DNA from: an uncultured Pseudomonadota bacterium
GTDB lineage: Bacteria; Pseudomonadota; Alphaproteobacteria; Rs-D84
NCBI GenBank assembly: GCA_902771695.1
Contig: CACXXP010000002.1
Span: 1,958-65,957, forward strand
Length of the DNA: 64,000 nucleotides
Reading direction: 5' to 3'
In this document: positions 24,594-34,249 of the stretch, one piece after another
How the letters are laid out: every line of letters begins with the position of its first letter
Numbering within the stretch: position 1 is the first letter of the stretch
Notes under the pieces: generated by a model
What the model was told of the DNA's origin: nothing
Databases searched by the model: none
Seen by the model: the letters and a program-made list of their open reading frames with translations, nothing else
Position numbers and translations under genes: made by a program

Positions 24594-25639
24594 GATTTCG
24601 GCTGAATCAGTTTTAATAATTCATCTTGATTGGTGACAACGGTAACACCTGCTTGTTTCCACTCATTTGACACTTTATCAAAATCCATAATATTTGTTTC
24701 ACCCAGATATAATATTGGTGTCACACCTTTTTCTTGGGCGATCTTTTTCAATTCTACAATTGGTGACGGTTTTTGACGACCCGATGCAAACCAATCTAAT
24801 TCATCTGCGACCCAGAAATCACTATCACTGTGGACCGCAACCGCACAATTATTAACAACAATCAAATTACCAACGATTTCTGTGCTGTGCCCTGCCCCCG
24901 ATATAATATCACGCAGGTTCGTGTATTCTGGGACATTTGTGTCATTATCTGGGGTGTCATCATCGTCCGTATCATCACCAAAGTTTATATCAGAAAACAC
25001 TGGGACATCAAAATCTTGGGCGGGCGGCGTATCAAAATCAGTTGGAATTGGAAATTCGGGATTTTCAGAAGTATTCTCTGGTGCTGATTTTTGGGTTTCA
25101 ACCGGGGCCGAATTACCCGATGGTGCCACCACTGGCACAGGTTCCGCCGGCACATCTTTACTGGTTGTTGCAATCGGACTGTTATCAAATTTAGATGGAC
25201 GATTAAACACAGACATTTGACGAACGCCATAATTTTTATGCGCCCGCATAAATACTTCACGCATTTCGGCCGGCACACCCTTTGGCAAATCCACCAAGAC
25301 CTCTTGTTCAGTCACAACGGGCTTTGGTTTTTCTGGTTCCGGTTTCTTTGGTTTTTCGGCCAAACACTTTGGCAGGGGAATCTTAACCGGCATTTCCTGA
25401 GTCCGACATACAAATACTGTTGTCGCAATATACAATGGAACCGCCGCCAAAATCATTATTCCAAAAACAAAACCTGGAAATCCATGCAATTCCACATGCA
25501 ACATCTTTAACCAGTGTGCCGCCGAAAACATATTGAAATTGAACAGACCACGCAAAATCAACCACATTACAAAAATGTAGCACGCCGTCCACACTAATAC
25601 ATGACGCCATTTTTTATAAAAATCCTTTGCATCCGCCAC
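24590..25639 (-). CDS. membrane protein (349 aa) with Pro/Lys-rich and acidic linkers and an unknown C-terminal domain
   Basis: N-terminal helices VLVWTACYIFVMWLILRGLF and FVFGIMILAAVPLYIATTVFV. Then KPKKPEPEKPKP and DDTDDDDTPDND linkers. Its stop overlaps the convergent gene's stop in TTAA. Confidence 0.5.
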   Translation of the reverse strand: MADAKDFYKKWRHVLVWTACYIFVMWLILRGLFNFNMFSAAHWLKMLHVELHGFPGFVFGIMILAAVPLYIATTVFVCRTQEMPVKIPLPKCLAEKPKKPEPEKPKPVVTEQEVLVDLPKGVPAEMREVFMRAHKNYGVRQMSVFNRPSKFDNSPIATTSKDVPAEPVPVVAPSGNSAPVETQKSAPENTSENPEFPIPTDFDTPPAQDFDVPVFSDINFGDDTDDDDTPDNDTNVPEYTNLRDIISGAGHSTEIVGNLIVVNNCAVAVHSDSDFWVADELDWFASGRQKPSPIVELKKIAQEKGVTPILYLGETNIMDFDKVSNEWKQAGVTVVTNQDELLKLIQPKS

Positions 25640-25798
25640 TTTTATAATCCATTTATCACTAAATAATTATAGACATTTTTTATAATCTGTCAACCACAAG
25701 ATAAAAATTATTCATATATTCAATATTTTTTGTAAAAAAAACTTTTTTATATGCCTTTTCTGTGATATACTACTAGGGATAGAAAAGGAGGGTTTTTC

Positions 25799-28138
25799 AT
25801 GCAAAAACTGCTGAAAACATTGGGAAAAAGTATAATTTGTTTGTCTGTTATTGCAGTGACCGACGCATGTTTTGGTGCCGACAGTCCGCGTGGTGTGGCA
25901 AATAATAATCGTGGTCGTGGTGCCGTCAGCACCGCCCGTATGCCATCTATTCCAGTATTACCGGTAAGTGCCGTTGGACATATCACAACCAGCAGCAATA
26001 CCGTTAATCCAACGCCTACGCCGGAACCAGAACCTGGTCCGGGACCAACACCTCCGCCGGGGCCAACGCCTCCGCCGGGACCAACCCCACCTCCTCCTCC
26101 AGGCCCACAGCCAGATCCAGACACCCCTGTCACCCCAGGATGTCCAGACGGTGGCGTTGAAAATTCCGCGTACACGGTTGACAACTGTATGACCGAAGTT
26201 CTGGGCTGTGTAAACGGTGGTGCGTTACCAAATGGTATAAATTCACTGTTTAACCAAGATTTGCGTGAATCTATCATAAACGGCATGAGTTTATGCTTGA
26301 CCCAGGTTGAAAAGTGTATATCAACCGTTCGTAAGAATTGCCAATATGTCTATGCATCGGCATCTGACGTGTGGTTGGATTTTAACGCACGCAAGGTTCA
26401 ACCTGAATATTACAGATTTGTGCTTGCACAAACTGGTTTGACACCAACCCAGGCAGAAAACACATGCCTGTTGCTGGATCGTAACACGTATGGTGCATCA
26501 TTTAATGCGATTTCAAGCAGTGATACAACAACATCTGAATATGCCCAAAACGTTGGTGCATACAATGGTGCATTAAACAATTCATTGCGCAAAGCAAATC
26601 CGCTTGGTGCAACAGTAAACAGTTCTGGTATTGACGGCAAACGTGGATACTATGCCCGTTGGGATGCCGAAAAGGCAGAATGCTTGTTACGTGTTGCGGC
26701 ATACAACAAGGATACACCAATTAAAAACAGTTGGTTATTCGGCATTGTTGGAAATGATGACCCGGCCGAAGTATGGCAAGCCACTGGTTCAACATTTACC
26801 TGTAACAAAGATTTGTTCGGATTTTCGTTGATGAACAAAACCAAAACCACCGCAGTGGTTGGGATTGGTGGCGGAACCTTGGTTGGTGCCGGTGTCGGTG
26901 CATTGGCCGGACACGGTGACCGCAAATTTGATTGTTCCGTAAAATCTATGCGTGACGAATTGTTAAAGCAGATTCAGAACAATCAAAAAACTGGTGTAAT
27001 TAACCAATTCTTGGAAACCCAGATTGCAACAACTGATAAAACCATGACCCAGGCCCAGTGCAATGAAATCATGGAATTGTACGACACGTGGCAAATGGGT
27101 AAAGATGCGGTCAAGACCTGTGAAACCAAAGAACAGGTATTGGTAGAAATAGAGGCCGACTTTGATATTGACGTGGTCACCACTGCAATTCGCAATAATT
27201 GCAAGACGGGCGCATGCATATCAGATGTCCAAATGGACCAGATTGTTGCGGCAATACAAACACCGTTCCAACAATTGGCAAACGACTATGCGGCACAAAT
27301 CCAAGATGCGTTGAAATATTGTACTTTCCGTGCATTGAATTTGGCACGTCGTGATGGCACCGGCGTATATTGCCAAGGCCATAACAACGAATGTATCAGC
27401 CGTAAAGAATTCCAGGCCGAATTGTCCGCATTAACCAAAGTGTTCAATTCGTTGGATATCTTGAATGGCCAAGAATCAAATCGTCTGAAAACCACATTGA
27501 TTGGTGCCGGCATTGGTGCGGCGGCCGGTGGTACAGCGACGGCGATTACGGCATTTGTTGAACGCAATAACATTAACTGTCGTGTGGCTGATGGTTTGGC
27601 CAAGGTCGGATTTGGCAAATCGCATACAATCGACCGTTTGCGTGATTTCTATGTCAAATGGGCATTGAATTTGCCAGAAAACGTTGCACCGACCGCGGTT
27701 GTCACAAATTGTGAAAACTGGGGATTGACATGCGCACTGTATTCCGACTTGAATGAATGTCGTGCGGCACAATTCAATTACCGTCCGGGCAACTTGGCAA
27801 GTACAACATTGATTCAAAACGCATGTACCCCATCGGGCAGCGCATGTATTGCGAATGTTCCTGTGGCACAGGCAAATGGTGAATGCTTGTTAAGTCCAAA
27901 TCCAAACGATAATGATGAAGAAGCACCAAACGTAGCAACATGTGTAGAATGGAATGATCAGTGTGAAAAAATTACCAGTCCAGATGCCTGTGCCAAGGCC
28001 AAGGTAGTTTATACACCAAGTTCTATGTTGGTTGCCAATGCATGCAAGTATCAAGAAAGAATACATACATGCCGCGCAAGTGCACAAAAGGTAAAGGTGT
28101 ATATGGACATAAACAATTGTCCAATGCGCCTTGAATAA
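25799..28138 (+). CDS. secreted cysteine-module / glycine-zipper protein (779 aa), unknown family
   Basis: AAGGAGGG RBS. Signal peptide MQKLLKTLGKSIICLSVIAVTDA. Pro-rich PTPEPEPGPGPTPPPGPTPPPGPTPPPPPGP. Modules CMTEVLGC and CLTQVEKCISTVRKNC. Zippers VVGIGGGTLVGAGVGALAG and LIGAGIGAAAGGTATAITAF. C-terminal CVEWNDQC. Confidence 0.65.
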   Translation: MQKLLKTLGKSIICLSVIAVTDACFGADSPRGVANNNRGRGAVSTARMPSIPVLPVSAVGHITTSSNTVNPTPTPEPEPGPGPTPPPGPTPPPGPTPPPPPGPQPDPDTPVTPGCPDGGVENSAYTVDNCMTEVLGCVNGGALPNGINSLFNQDLRESIINGMSLCLTQVEKCISTVRKNCQYVYASASDVWLDFNARKVQPEYYRFVLAQTGLTPTQAENTCLLLDRNTYGASFNAISSSDTTTSEYAQNVGAYNGALNNSLRKANPLGATVNSSGIDGKRGYYARWDAEKAECLLRVAAYNKDTPIKNSWLFGIVGNDDPAEVWQATGSTFTCNKDLFGFSLMNKTKTTAVVGIGGGTLVGAGVGALAGHGDRKFDCSVKSMRDELLKQIQNNQKTGVINQFLETQIATTDKTMTQAQCNEIMELYDTWQMGKDAVKTCETKEQVLVEIEADFDIDVVTTAIRNNCKTGACISDVQMDQIVAAIQTPFQQLANDYAAQIQDALKYCTFRALNLARRDGTGVYCQGHNNECISRKEFQAELSALTKVFNSLDILNGQESNRLKTTLIGAGIGAAAGGTATAITAFVERNNINCRVADGLAKVGFGKSHTIDRLRDFYVKWALNLPENVAPTAVVTNCENWGLTCALYSDLNECRAAQFNYRPGNLASTTLIQNACTPSGSACIANVPVAQANGECLLSPNPNDNDEEAPNVATCVEWNDQCEKITSPDACAKAKVVYTPSSMLVANACKYQERIHTCRASAQKVKVYMDINNCPMRLE

Positions 28139-28159
28139 AAAAGTTTCGCATGGTGTCCC

Positions 28160-28189
28160 AACGCCGTCCGTCCTGGGCGGCGTTTTTTA
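28160..28189 (+). terminator. intrinsic terminator after the 779-aa gene
   Basis: Stem ACGCCGTCC / GGGCGGCGT (one G-U pair) with a 5-nt loop, followed by TTTTTT. Confidence 0.7.
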
Positions 28190-28259
28190 TTTCATCATGC
28201 CGATGCAAATCGTTATCCCATCATACACAAATTCATAAAGTACTTTTTTATTTTTATTC

Positions 28260-28288
28260 TTGGTGAACAGCATTTTTTATGATAAAAT
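28260..28288 (+). promoter_or_regulatory. sigma70-type promoter for the 1001-aa gene
   Basis: TTGGTG (28260-28265), 17 nt spacer, TAAAAT (28283-28288) preceded by TGA. The core TTTTTATGATAAAATAT is identical to the one at 36276-36292. Confidence 0.55.
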
Positions 28289-28313
28289 ATAGGGGATAAT
28301 AAGGGGAATTCCA

Positions 28314-31300
28314 TTGAAAAATATATTGCTGATACTGGCATTTTTAATTGGTGGTTTTGATGCGCACGCGGCGCGTGTTGGTGGCACAAATTTGCGCGGT
28401 TCCGCAGGTTCTTCGGCGGAAATGCAACCAGGTACAACCAGTGCCAGATCAGCCGTACGCGGTTCTTCGGTCAAAGGTGTGGCCGGACGCAGCAATTTAT
28501 CCAATACATCATCATCGTCCACGGCGCCAAAAAATCTTGGTTCACGCGGACGCAGTGCAACTGCCCAAACTACACCAACCGTCAAGGCGCGCGCGGGCAC
28601 AAAACAAAGCGTTATCAGTTCCGGAACCAAGGTCGCAACCGCGGCACAAAATACTGTTGTTGATGAAGAATGCTGGAATAAATTCAGTGGGTGTATGGAT
28701 TCTTTCTGTATGTTGGATAATGCGACCGGTGGCCGTTGTATCTGCAGTGACAAGAACGCCGAATACGATTCGATTTTGGCTGAAATTCAAGAATTGGATA
28801 ATCAATCATACCAAATGGCGACCGTTGGTGTTGAACGTATTGAAATGGGCGACGATGCCGATGCAGTTATGGCAAGAACCAAGGCGATTACAAACAGTAT
28901 TGAAAAAGACGCCGAAAAAGCAAAATCAAAACGCCAATCGCTTGATTTATCCGCATGGAATACTGACAGTGGCATAGATTTTGACGAAGATGTAGAAGAT
29001 ATTTTCTCGCTGTCATCTGATGGTGTTTCGGTTGCAAACAAAAAAGGTGACGCACTGTATCGTGCATCTGCAAAACTTTGCACCGCCCAGTTGAAAGAAT
29101 GCAGCGCACAACACAAAATGATGGAATTGATGTATCAACAACGCATTCGTTCTGATTGCACGGCATATGAAAACAGTTTGCGTCAACAACGCACACAAAG
29201 CGCACAAAAATTGGCGGCGGCACAAAGTGCGATGCGCGAAGCGGCATTGGAGCAATATCGTAATGCAAACAAATACGATTTGGGACAATGCACCGTTGAA
29301 TTCAAAAAGTGTATGCAAACAACCGGCGGATGCGGCGATGACTTTACGGGTTGCGTGACACAACAAACAACACGTGAAACATTGCAGGGCGGCAAAATCA
29401 AAATGAAAAAGATTAAGGGTGCATCAACCACCATTGAAATTGCCGCATGGACATACGATGCATTGGAATCTAAAAAGCCATTGTGTATGACGGTTACGCA
29501 ACAATGCGTTAATGTTAAAGACCAGGTTTGGGATACATTCCTGCGCGAAGTTGCACCGCAAGTGAAATCTGCGGAATTGGCGGCGGAATCTGATTTGCGT
29601 ATGTCGTGTATTTCAACAATTTCCGACTGTTTCCAAAAGGCATGTAAAGAAAATATGGATCCAAATAATCCAGACGGTTCGTACGATATGTGTTTAACAC
29701 GTCCGGAAACATTACGTTCTTTCTGTAAAGTGCAAATAGACCCATGCGAAGCCGCGGAACCAAAAATCATGGATTACGTTCGTGCACGTTTGGCATCTAT
29801 GCGTGTTGATTCATGTACCAAAGAATTCAAGGAATGTTTGCAATCCGAAGACCGTTGTGGTGCCGATTATTCACAATGCGTTGGTTTGGATACCGATACA
29901 ATTGTTCGTATGTGCCCGGCCGAAAAGTTGGTTGGTTGCCAATATGACGATGCAGGGTCGGACGGTTCCGCCCGAACCAATAAAAGTGCCCAGGTTAAAA
30001 CCGATGACGAAATATACGATGAATTGGCACGCATCGCCCAGGGTATATTCTTGAACATAGATAACAACATGTTAACCACATGTCAAAAGGCCGCCGATGC
30101 CGCCATGATAAAGGTCTGCGGCAGCACCGAAGATTGTGATGATTTGGCAATTGACGAAACTGCTGGCACACGCAGTTTCAAATACCAAGTATGCCAGTTT
30201 GATGGTTTAAGTGATGGAAAATCTGCAGGTGTTGCCAGTGCAGATGGTGCAGCCGGGATGCCAAAATGGACGGGACAATGTTATGATTCATTGGATGCAA
30301 TTTCCAATGCGCAATTACAACAAGACGGTCAAAAAGGTTGGGCCGGGAAATTATCTGGCTTAGTATATTGGGGCGAAATTGCATATGATGTTGAGAAGAA
30401 TTCGTTCACCACAGAAAAAGAGTATATGAACTCCCTGGCTAAACTCGGGTATGAACTGACCGAAGATGAAAAACAAATCGTTCACGAACGTGTATTTGGA
30501 ACAGAAATTCGTGCAATGACACGTGCAGTTGAGCAAGCCATATCGGCAATTGAATCAGACCCCAAGGTTCAATATTGTATGTCGGGGCGCACTTTCCAAG
30601 GCATGCGTGATAAAGATGGTCAATTGGCAAAATTGGGTACACAAAATAAAGATGAGGCCCGTTTTCCGAAATTAACGGAACAAATGCGACGTATTATTGC
30701 TACATCGGCATTAAGAAATGCACGTAATAATTATATGAAAAAATATGATGATGAAATTATGCGTATGATGAAAGATCAAGTCAAAGCGGCAGAACGTCTG
30801 GATGAACAAGCTTCTAAGGAATTAGCTATTAAACAAGCCGAACAATCATGTGCCGATTGGGCAAAGAATACCACATTGCCTGCATCACAGGCGCCAAAGG
30901 CGAGCAACGTTGGTCGTTGGATTGCTGTTGGGGTAATCGCTGCCGCTGCGATTGTTGCATCCATATTTACTTTTGGAGCAGCCGCTGCTGGTGGTGCCGT
31001 AGCCATTGCATCCATTGTTGGAACAAGTATAACTGCCACCACAATATCAGCGGGTACCATAGCCGCAGGTGTCGCAGTTGCCGCGGCGGGAACTGCGGCA
31101 GGACTGGCCGCAACGACTAAACCTGTGGGGCAATCCAATATTGATCAATGGAACTATAAAGAAAGCGTGTCCACAATATTTAATTATCAAACAGGCGAAT
31201 GTTTCAAGACAAAAGTAACCCAGAATTGCAAAAAAATCAAAAAGAATTATTGCAAAGAATGGGACGAAGAAGTTGAAGAAACAACCAGTATCAATCTGTT

Positions 31301-31319
31301 GGATACTAATAAAGAATAA
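28314..31319 (+). CDS. secreted cysteine-module protein (1001 aa) with C-terminal triple glycine-zipper hydrophobic region, unknown family
   Basis: TTG start with an AAGGGG RBS. Signal peptide MKNILLILAFLIGGFDAHA. Modules CWNKFSGCMDSFC, CTVEFKKCMQTTGGCGDDFTGC, CISTISDCFQKAC and CTKEFKECLQSEDRCGADYSQC. Hydrophobic run WIAVGVIAAAAIVASIFTFGAAAAGGAVAIASIVG...AAGVAVAAAGTAAGLAA, then CKEWDEE. Confidence 0.65.
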   Translation: MKNILLILAFLIGGFDAHAARVGGTNLRGSAGSSAEMQPGTTSARSAVRGSSVKGVAGRSNLSNTSSSSTAPKNLGSRGRSATAQTTPTVKARAGTKQSVISSGTKVATAAQNTVVDEECWNKFSGCMDSFCMLDNATGGRCICSDKNAEYDSILAEIQELDNQSYQMATVGVERIEMGDDADAVMARTKAITNSIEKDAEKAKSKRQSLDLSAWNTDSGIDFDEDVEDIFSLSSDGVSVANKKGDALYRASAKLCTAQLKECSAQHKMMELMYQQRIRSDCTAYENSLRQQRTQSAQKLAAAQSAMREAALEQYRNANKYDLGQCTVEFKKCMQTTGGCGDDFTGCVTQQTTRETLQGGKIKMKKIKGASTTIEIAAWTYDALESKKPLCMTVTQQCVNVKDQVWDTFLREVAPQVKSAELAAESDLRMSCISTISDCFQKACKENMDPNNPDGSYDMCLTRPETLRSFCKVQIDPCEAAEPKIMDYVRARLASMRVDSCTKEFKECLQSEDRCGADYSQCVGLDTDTIVRMCPAEKLVGCQYDDAGSDGSARTNKSAQVKTDDEIYDELARIAQGIFLNIDNNMLTTCQKAADAAMIKVCGSTEDCDDLAIDETAGTRSFKYQVCQFDGLSDGKSAGVASADGAAGMPKWTGQCYDSLDAISNAQLQQDGQKGWAGKLSGLVYWGEIAYDVEKNSFTTEKEYMNSLAKLGYELTEDEKQIVHERVFGTEIRAMTRAVEQAISAIESDPKVQYCMSGRTFQGMRDKDGQLAKLGTQNKDEARFPKLTEQMRRIIATSALRNARNNYMKKYDDEIMRMMKDQVKAAERLDEQASKELAIKQAEQSCADWAKNTTLPASQAPKASNVGRWIAVGVIAAAAIVASIFTFGAAAAGGAVAIASIVGTSITATTISAGTIAAGVAVAAAGTAAGLAATTKPVGQSNIDQWNYKESVSTIFNYQTGECFKTKVTQNCKKIKKNYCKEWDEEVEETTSINLLDTNKE

Positions 31320-31337
31320 TGTATAAAGATAATATAA

Positions 31338-31363
31338 CCCCGCCCACAAATGTGGGCGGGGTA
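31338..31363 (+). terminator. hairpin terminator after the 1001-aa gene
   Basis: Perfect 11-bp stem ACCCCGCCCAC / GTGGGCGGGGT with an AAAT loop. The U-tract is weak. Confidence 0.55.
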
Positions 31364-31424
31364 ATTATAATCTTATTATAGCGAGTGATGTTCGAAACTC
31401 TTTATATCAACGCAATATAATCGC

Positions 31425-31488
31425 AAAAAAACGGTTGCGATTGCAACCGTTTTTACTAATCACTTACACTAACCACTATCACTAATGA
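31425..31488 (-). terminator. 3-prime cassette copy b after rplQ
   Basis: Gene-sense read: TAA TCATTAGTGATAGTGGTTAGTGTAAGTGATTAGT AAAAACGGTTGC-AATC-GCAACCGTTTTTTT. The hairpin is identical to copy a. Confidence 0.8.
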
Positions 31489-32064
31489 TTATTTGCCTGT
31501 GGCACGGCGTTTAACCGCAACGGTCTTTTTTTCCGCTGTGGCCTTTTTGGCCGCCGGTTCTTTTGCTGTGGCTTTCGTGGCCGTTGGCTTAGCCGCCTTT
31601 GGCGCCTTGGTTGCTTTTTTATCTGCTGCTTCGGTTGCAACCGCTTCTTCGGCCTTGGCCGCGGCTACTTCGGCCTTGGGTGCCGCTTTCTTGGCATTAA
31701 CATCACGGTCAATAAATTCAATGATTGCCATTGGTGCCGCATCACCATAACGGAAACCCGCCTTCAGAACGCGTGTATAACCACCTGGGCGTTTTGCATA
31801 ACGTGGTCCCAATACAGTGAACAATTTTTTAACGGCCGCCGCGCTGGCATTGCCCAATTCAGACGCAACAAGGCGACGATTTGCAACGCTATCAACTTTG
31901 GCACGTGTAACCAATTTTTCTACGACACTGCGCAGATCTTTGGCCTTTGGCAACGTTGTTTTGATTTGTTCTTTTTCAATTAAATTCTTCGCCAGGCCTA
32001 TAAACAACGCCTTGCGAGCATTTGTATCGCGATTAAATGTGCGACCTGCTTTTTGGTGTCTCAT
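31489..32064 (-). CDS. rplQ: 50S ribosomal protein L17 with Ala/Lys-rich C-terminal extension
   Basis: [21 protein letters not shown]... follows rpoA. The last ~70 aa are [16 protein letters not shown]...[31 protein letters not shown]. Confidence 0.95.
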   Translation of the reverse strand: MRHQKAGRTFNRDTNARKALFIGLAKNLIEKEQIKTTLPKAKDLRSVVEKLVTRAKVDSVANRRLVASELGNASAAAVKKLFTVLGPRYAKRPGGYTRVLKAGFRYGDAAPMAIIEFIDRDVNAKKAAPKAEVAAAKAEEAVATEAADKKATKAPKAAKPTATKATAKEPAAKKATAEKKTVAVKRRATGK

Positions 32065-32286
32065 CGGTTACTCCTTTATTTTGTTTCCGCCCTGCTCTAT
32101 CACGAGTGGGATTTCACCATATTTTCGTGTCCCAAAATTTTCATCCCGGTAACACGCATTTTCTCATTTAAACTGCCACTGTTAAGAAAACAATTTAGAT
32201 GAGGTTATTGGATGCGATTGACGGTTCGCAGTGTAGTTGACCTGCATAAGAACCGGCAATCGCGACAAGAGCCCATATAAATTGTT

Positions 32287-33315
32287 TTATTTGTATGGGT
32301 CTTCGTATTTCTTGGCCAACTCCGCAATATTTTCTGGTGGCCAACCTGGGACTTCCATACCCAACCCAAGGCCCATCGCTTCCAATTGAATCTTGATTTC
32401 ATTAAGCGATTTACGACCAAAGTTTGGTGTTTTCAACATGTCGGCTTCGGTCTTTTGGACCAATTCGCCAAGCCAGTTGATTTTGTCGTTTTTCAAGCAA
32501 TTGTTTGCACGGACAGACAATTCCAATTCATCAACGCGTTTCAACAGTTTCGGATCAAATTGCAATGCGTCCTTGGCCGCTTCTTCTTCGGCTGGCGCAC
32601 TGATTTGTGCCGGATCTTCAAAGTTGATGAACAATGTCAATTGGTCGGTCAAAATACGTGCCGCAAATGCGATTGCATCTTCGGGTGTGACACTGCCGTT
32701 TGTTTTGACGACCATTTCCAATTTATCAAAGTCGGTTGATTGACCAACACGTGTTTCTGAAACATTGCTGGCCACGTTCAAGATTGGTGAAAAGATAGAA
32801 TCAACCGGAATCACGCCCAACGGCAAACCGTCTGCATGTGCCGTTGCCGGAACATACCCACGGCCACAGCCCAATGTGATTTCCATATCAAATTGTGCAC
32901 CTTTGTCCAACGTGCAGATTTCTGCATCTGGGTTCATAATTTCAATTGCACTGGTTGTTTCAATCATGCCCGCCTTTACAACCGCCGGACCAGAAACATG
33001 CAATGATGCCTTGTGCTGACCTTCGCTGTTCGCCTTGAAATAAACGCCTTTCAGGTTCAGCAATATATCCGCAACGTCTTCGTGAACGCCCTGGATACTG
33101 GAAAATTCGTGTTGAACACCATCAATTTTAACATACAATGGTGCGCATCCCTGCAACGATGACAACAGAACGCGACGCAACGCGGTACCCAATGTCAAAC
33201 CAAAACCCTTTTCCAATGGTTCGGCAATCAGGGTCGCCTGGTTAGGATTATGTTCATCTGGGATGATATTCAGTTTTTTTGGCTTAATCAAAGCCATCCA
33301 ACTTTTTTCAATCAT
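32287..33315 (-). CDS. rpoA: DNA-directed RNA polymerase subunit alpha
   Basis: 342 aa. Carries [15 protein letters not shown] and the C-terminal-domain motif [12 protein letters not shown]...[15 protein letters not shown]. Confidence 0.96.
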   Translation of the reverse strand: MIEKSWMALIKPKKLNIIPDEHNPNQATLIAEPLEKGFGLTLGTALRRVLLSSLQGCAPLYVKIDGVQHEFSSIQGVHEDVADILLNLKGVYFKANSEGQHKASLHVSGPAVVKAGMIETTSAIEIMNPDAEICTLDKGAQFDMEITLGCGRGYVPATAHADGLPLGVIPVDSIFSPILNVASNVSETRVGQSTDFDKLEMVVKTNGSVTPEDAIAFAARILTDQLTLFINFEDPAQISAPAEEEAAKDALQFDPKLLKRVDELELSVRANNCLKNDKINWLGELVQKTEADMLKTPNFGRKSLNEIKIQLEAMGLGLGMEVPGWPPENIAELAKKYEDPYK

Positions 33316-33387
33316 TTATGTTCCCTTTTAGCTTAGTTTATCATTTTCGCCAATCGGCCACACACAAATTCCTTTGTGCGCCGGGGT

Positions 33388-33416
33388 ATTTTATAGCGTT
33401 TTTTACGGAAAGTCAA
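33388..33416 (-). promoter_or_regulatory. sigma70-type promoter for rpoA-rplQ
   Basis: Minus strand TTGACT (33416-33411), 17 nt spacer, TAAAAT (33393-33388). Lies just downstream of the terminator at 33447-33474. Confidence 0.55.
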
Positions 33417-33446
33417 GGAATTTACTAGCCACAACGCGGATTCAGT

Positions 33447-33474
33447 AAAAAAACACCCACACAATGTGTGGGTG
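33447..33474 (-). terminator. intrinsic terminator after the 251-aa gene, upstream of rpoA
   Basis: Stem CACCCACAC / GTGTGGGTG with a 3-nt loop. On the minus strand it is followed by TTTTTTT. Confidence 0.75.
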
Positions 33475-33490
33475 AAATAGAAAATACAGA

Positions 33491-34246
33491 TTAATATCTT
33501 GAACCACGTGCCTTGGCTTCTTCTCTGTCATAATTGGTCTTGGCCTGGCGGACTTTAACCTGTAGGTATTGAACGCACTTTTTGATGGCATTCTTATTGG
33601 CATATTCCGCGCTTTCGCAATCGTCCTTATCTACATTAGCAAACTGTTTACCTTCGGCATCGGCATACGCTTTCATTATAGCTATATCATTCACCAACTG
33701 TTTACGCGCATTTACCGTATCTTTATCTGCCGCCTGCGAAATCTTGTTAAGGTTACGCGTAAAGCAGTCGTAAACGTCCGCCTGGGATGTTACAGCATAA
33801 CAATCTTCTGCATTGGCCAGGCCAGCATTGTTGGACGAAGAACCACCCGATGATGAAGACGATGAAGAAGATGAACCGCCGGTCATAACTTCTATCTTGC
33901 TTTTTAAAACAGATTTTTCTAATTGTGTCTTGAACCGTTTAACCATCGCATTCAAGACATCATATTGCTGTTTCATTTGCTGGGCAATAACGGTTGATTT
34001 CAGGGCGATAATATTGTTCATCTCGGAAATTTGTCCGGAATCAGATGGATTTTTCAGCATACCATAATTATACGCGTGCGTACTGCACAATGCATACGCC
34101 GGCGAAAAATATTGGCAATCATTGTAATCATCATCGTCATATCCACCCGAATATGCATACGCACCAACGGACATGCCGCACAGCACCACCACCGCACAAA
34201 CGCGGATTAAATTTTTGGTACTAAAAATTTTCATTTTTGTTGTCAT
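33491..34246 (-). CDS. secreted protein (251 aa), partner of the 669-aa cysteine-module protein
   Basis: Signal peptide region MKIFSTKNLIRVCAVVVLCGMSVGAYA, poly-Ser GGSSSSSSSSSGGSSS, and paired Cys (DCYAVTSQADVYDC, DDCESAEYANKNAIKKC). 3-nt gap from the upstream gene. Confidence 0.55.
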   Translation of the reverse strand: MTTKMKIFSTKNLIRVCAVVVLCGMSVGAYAYSGGYDDDDYNDCQYFSPAYALCSTHAYNYGMLKNPSDSGQISEMNNIIALKSTVIAQQMKQQYDVLNAMVKRFKTQLEKSVLKSKIEVMTGGSSSSSSSSSGGSSSNNAGLANAEDCYAVTSQADVYDCFTRNLNKISQAADKDTVNARKQLVNDIAIMKAYADAEGKQFANVDKDDCESAEYANKNAIKKCVQYLQVKVRQAKTNYDREEAKARGSRY

Positions 34247-34249
34247 TTA

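Noticed and set aside
25747-26286. 179-aa minus-strand ORF with GPGGG repeats.
   Set aside because: It is the reverse complement of the Pro-rich linker of the 779-aa gene, and it overlaps that gene's RBS and start.
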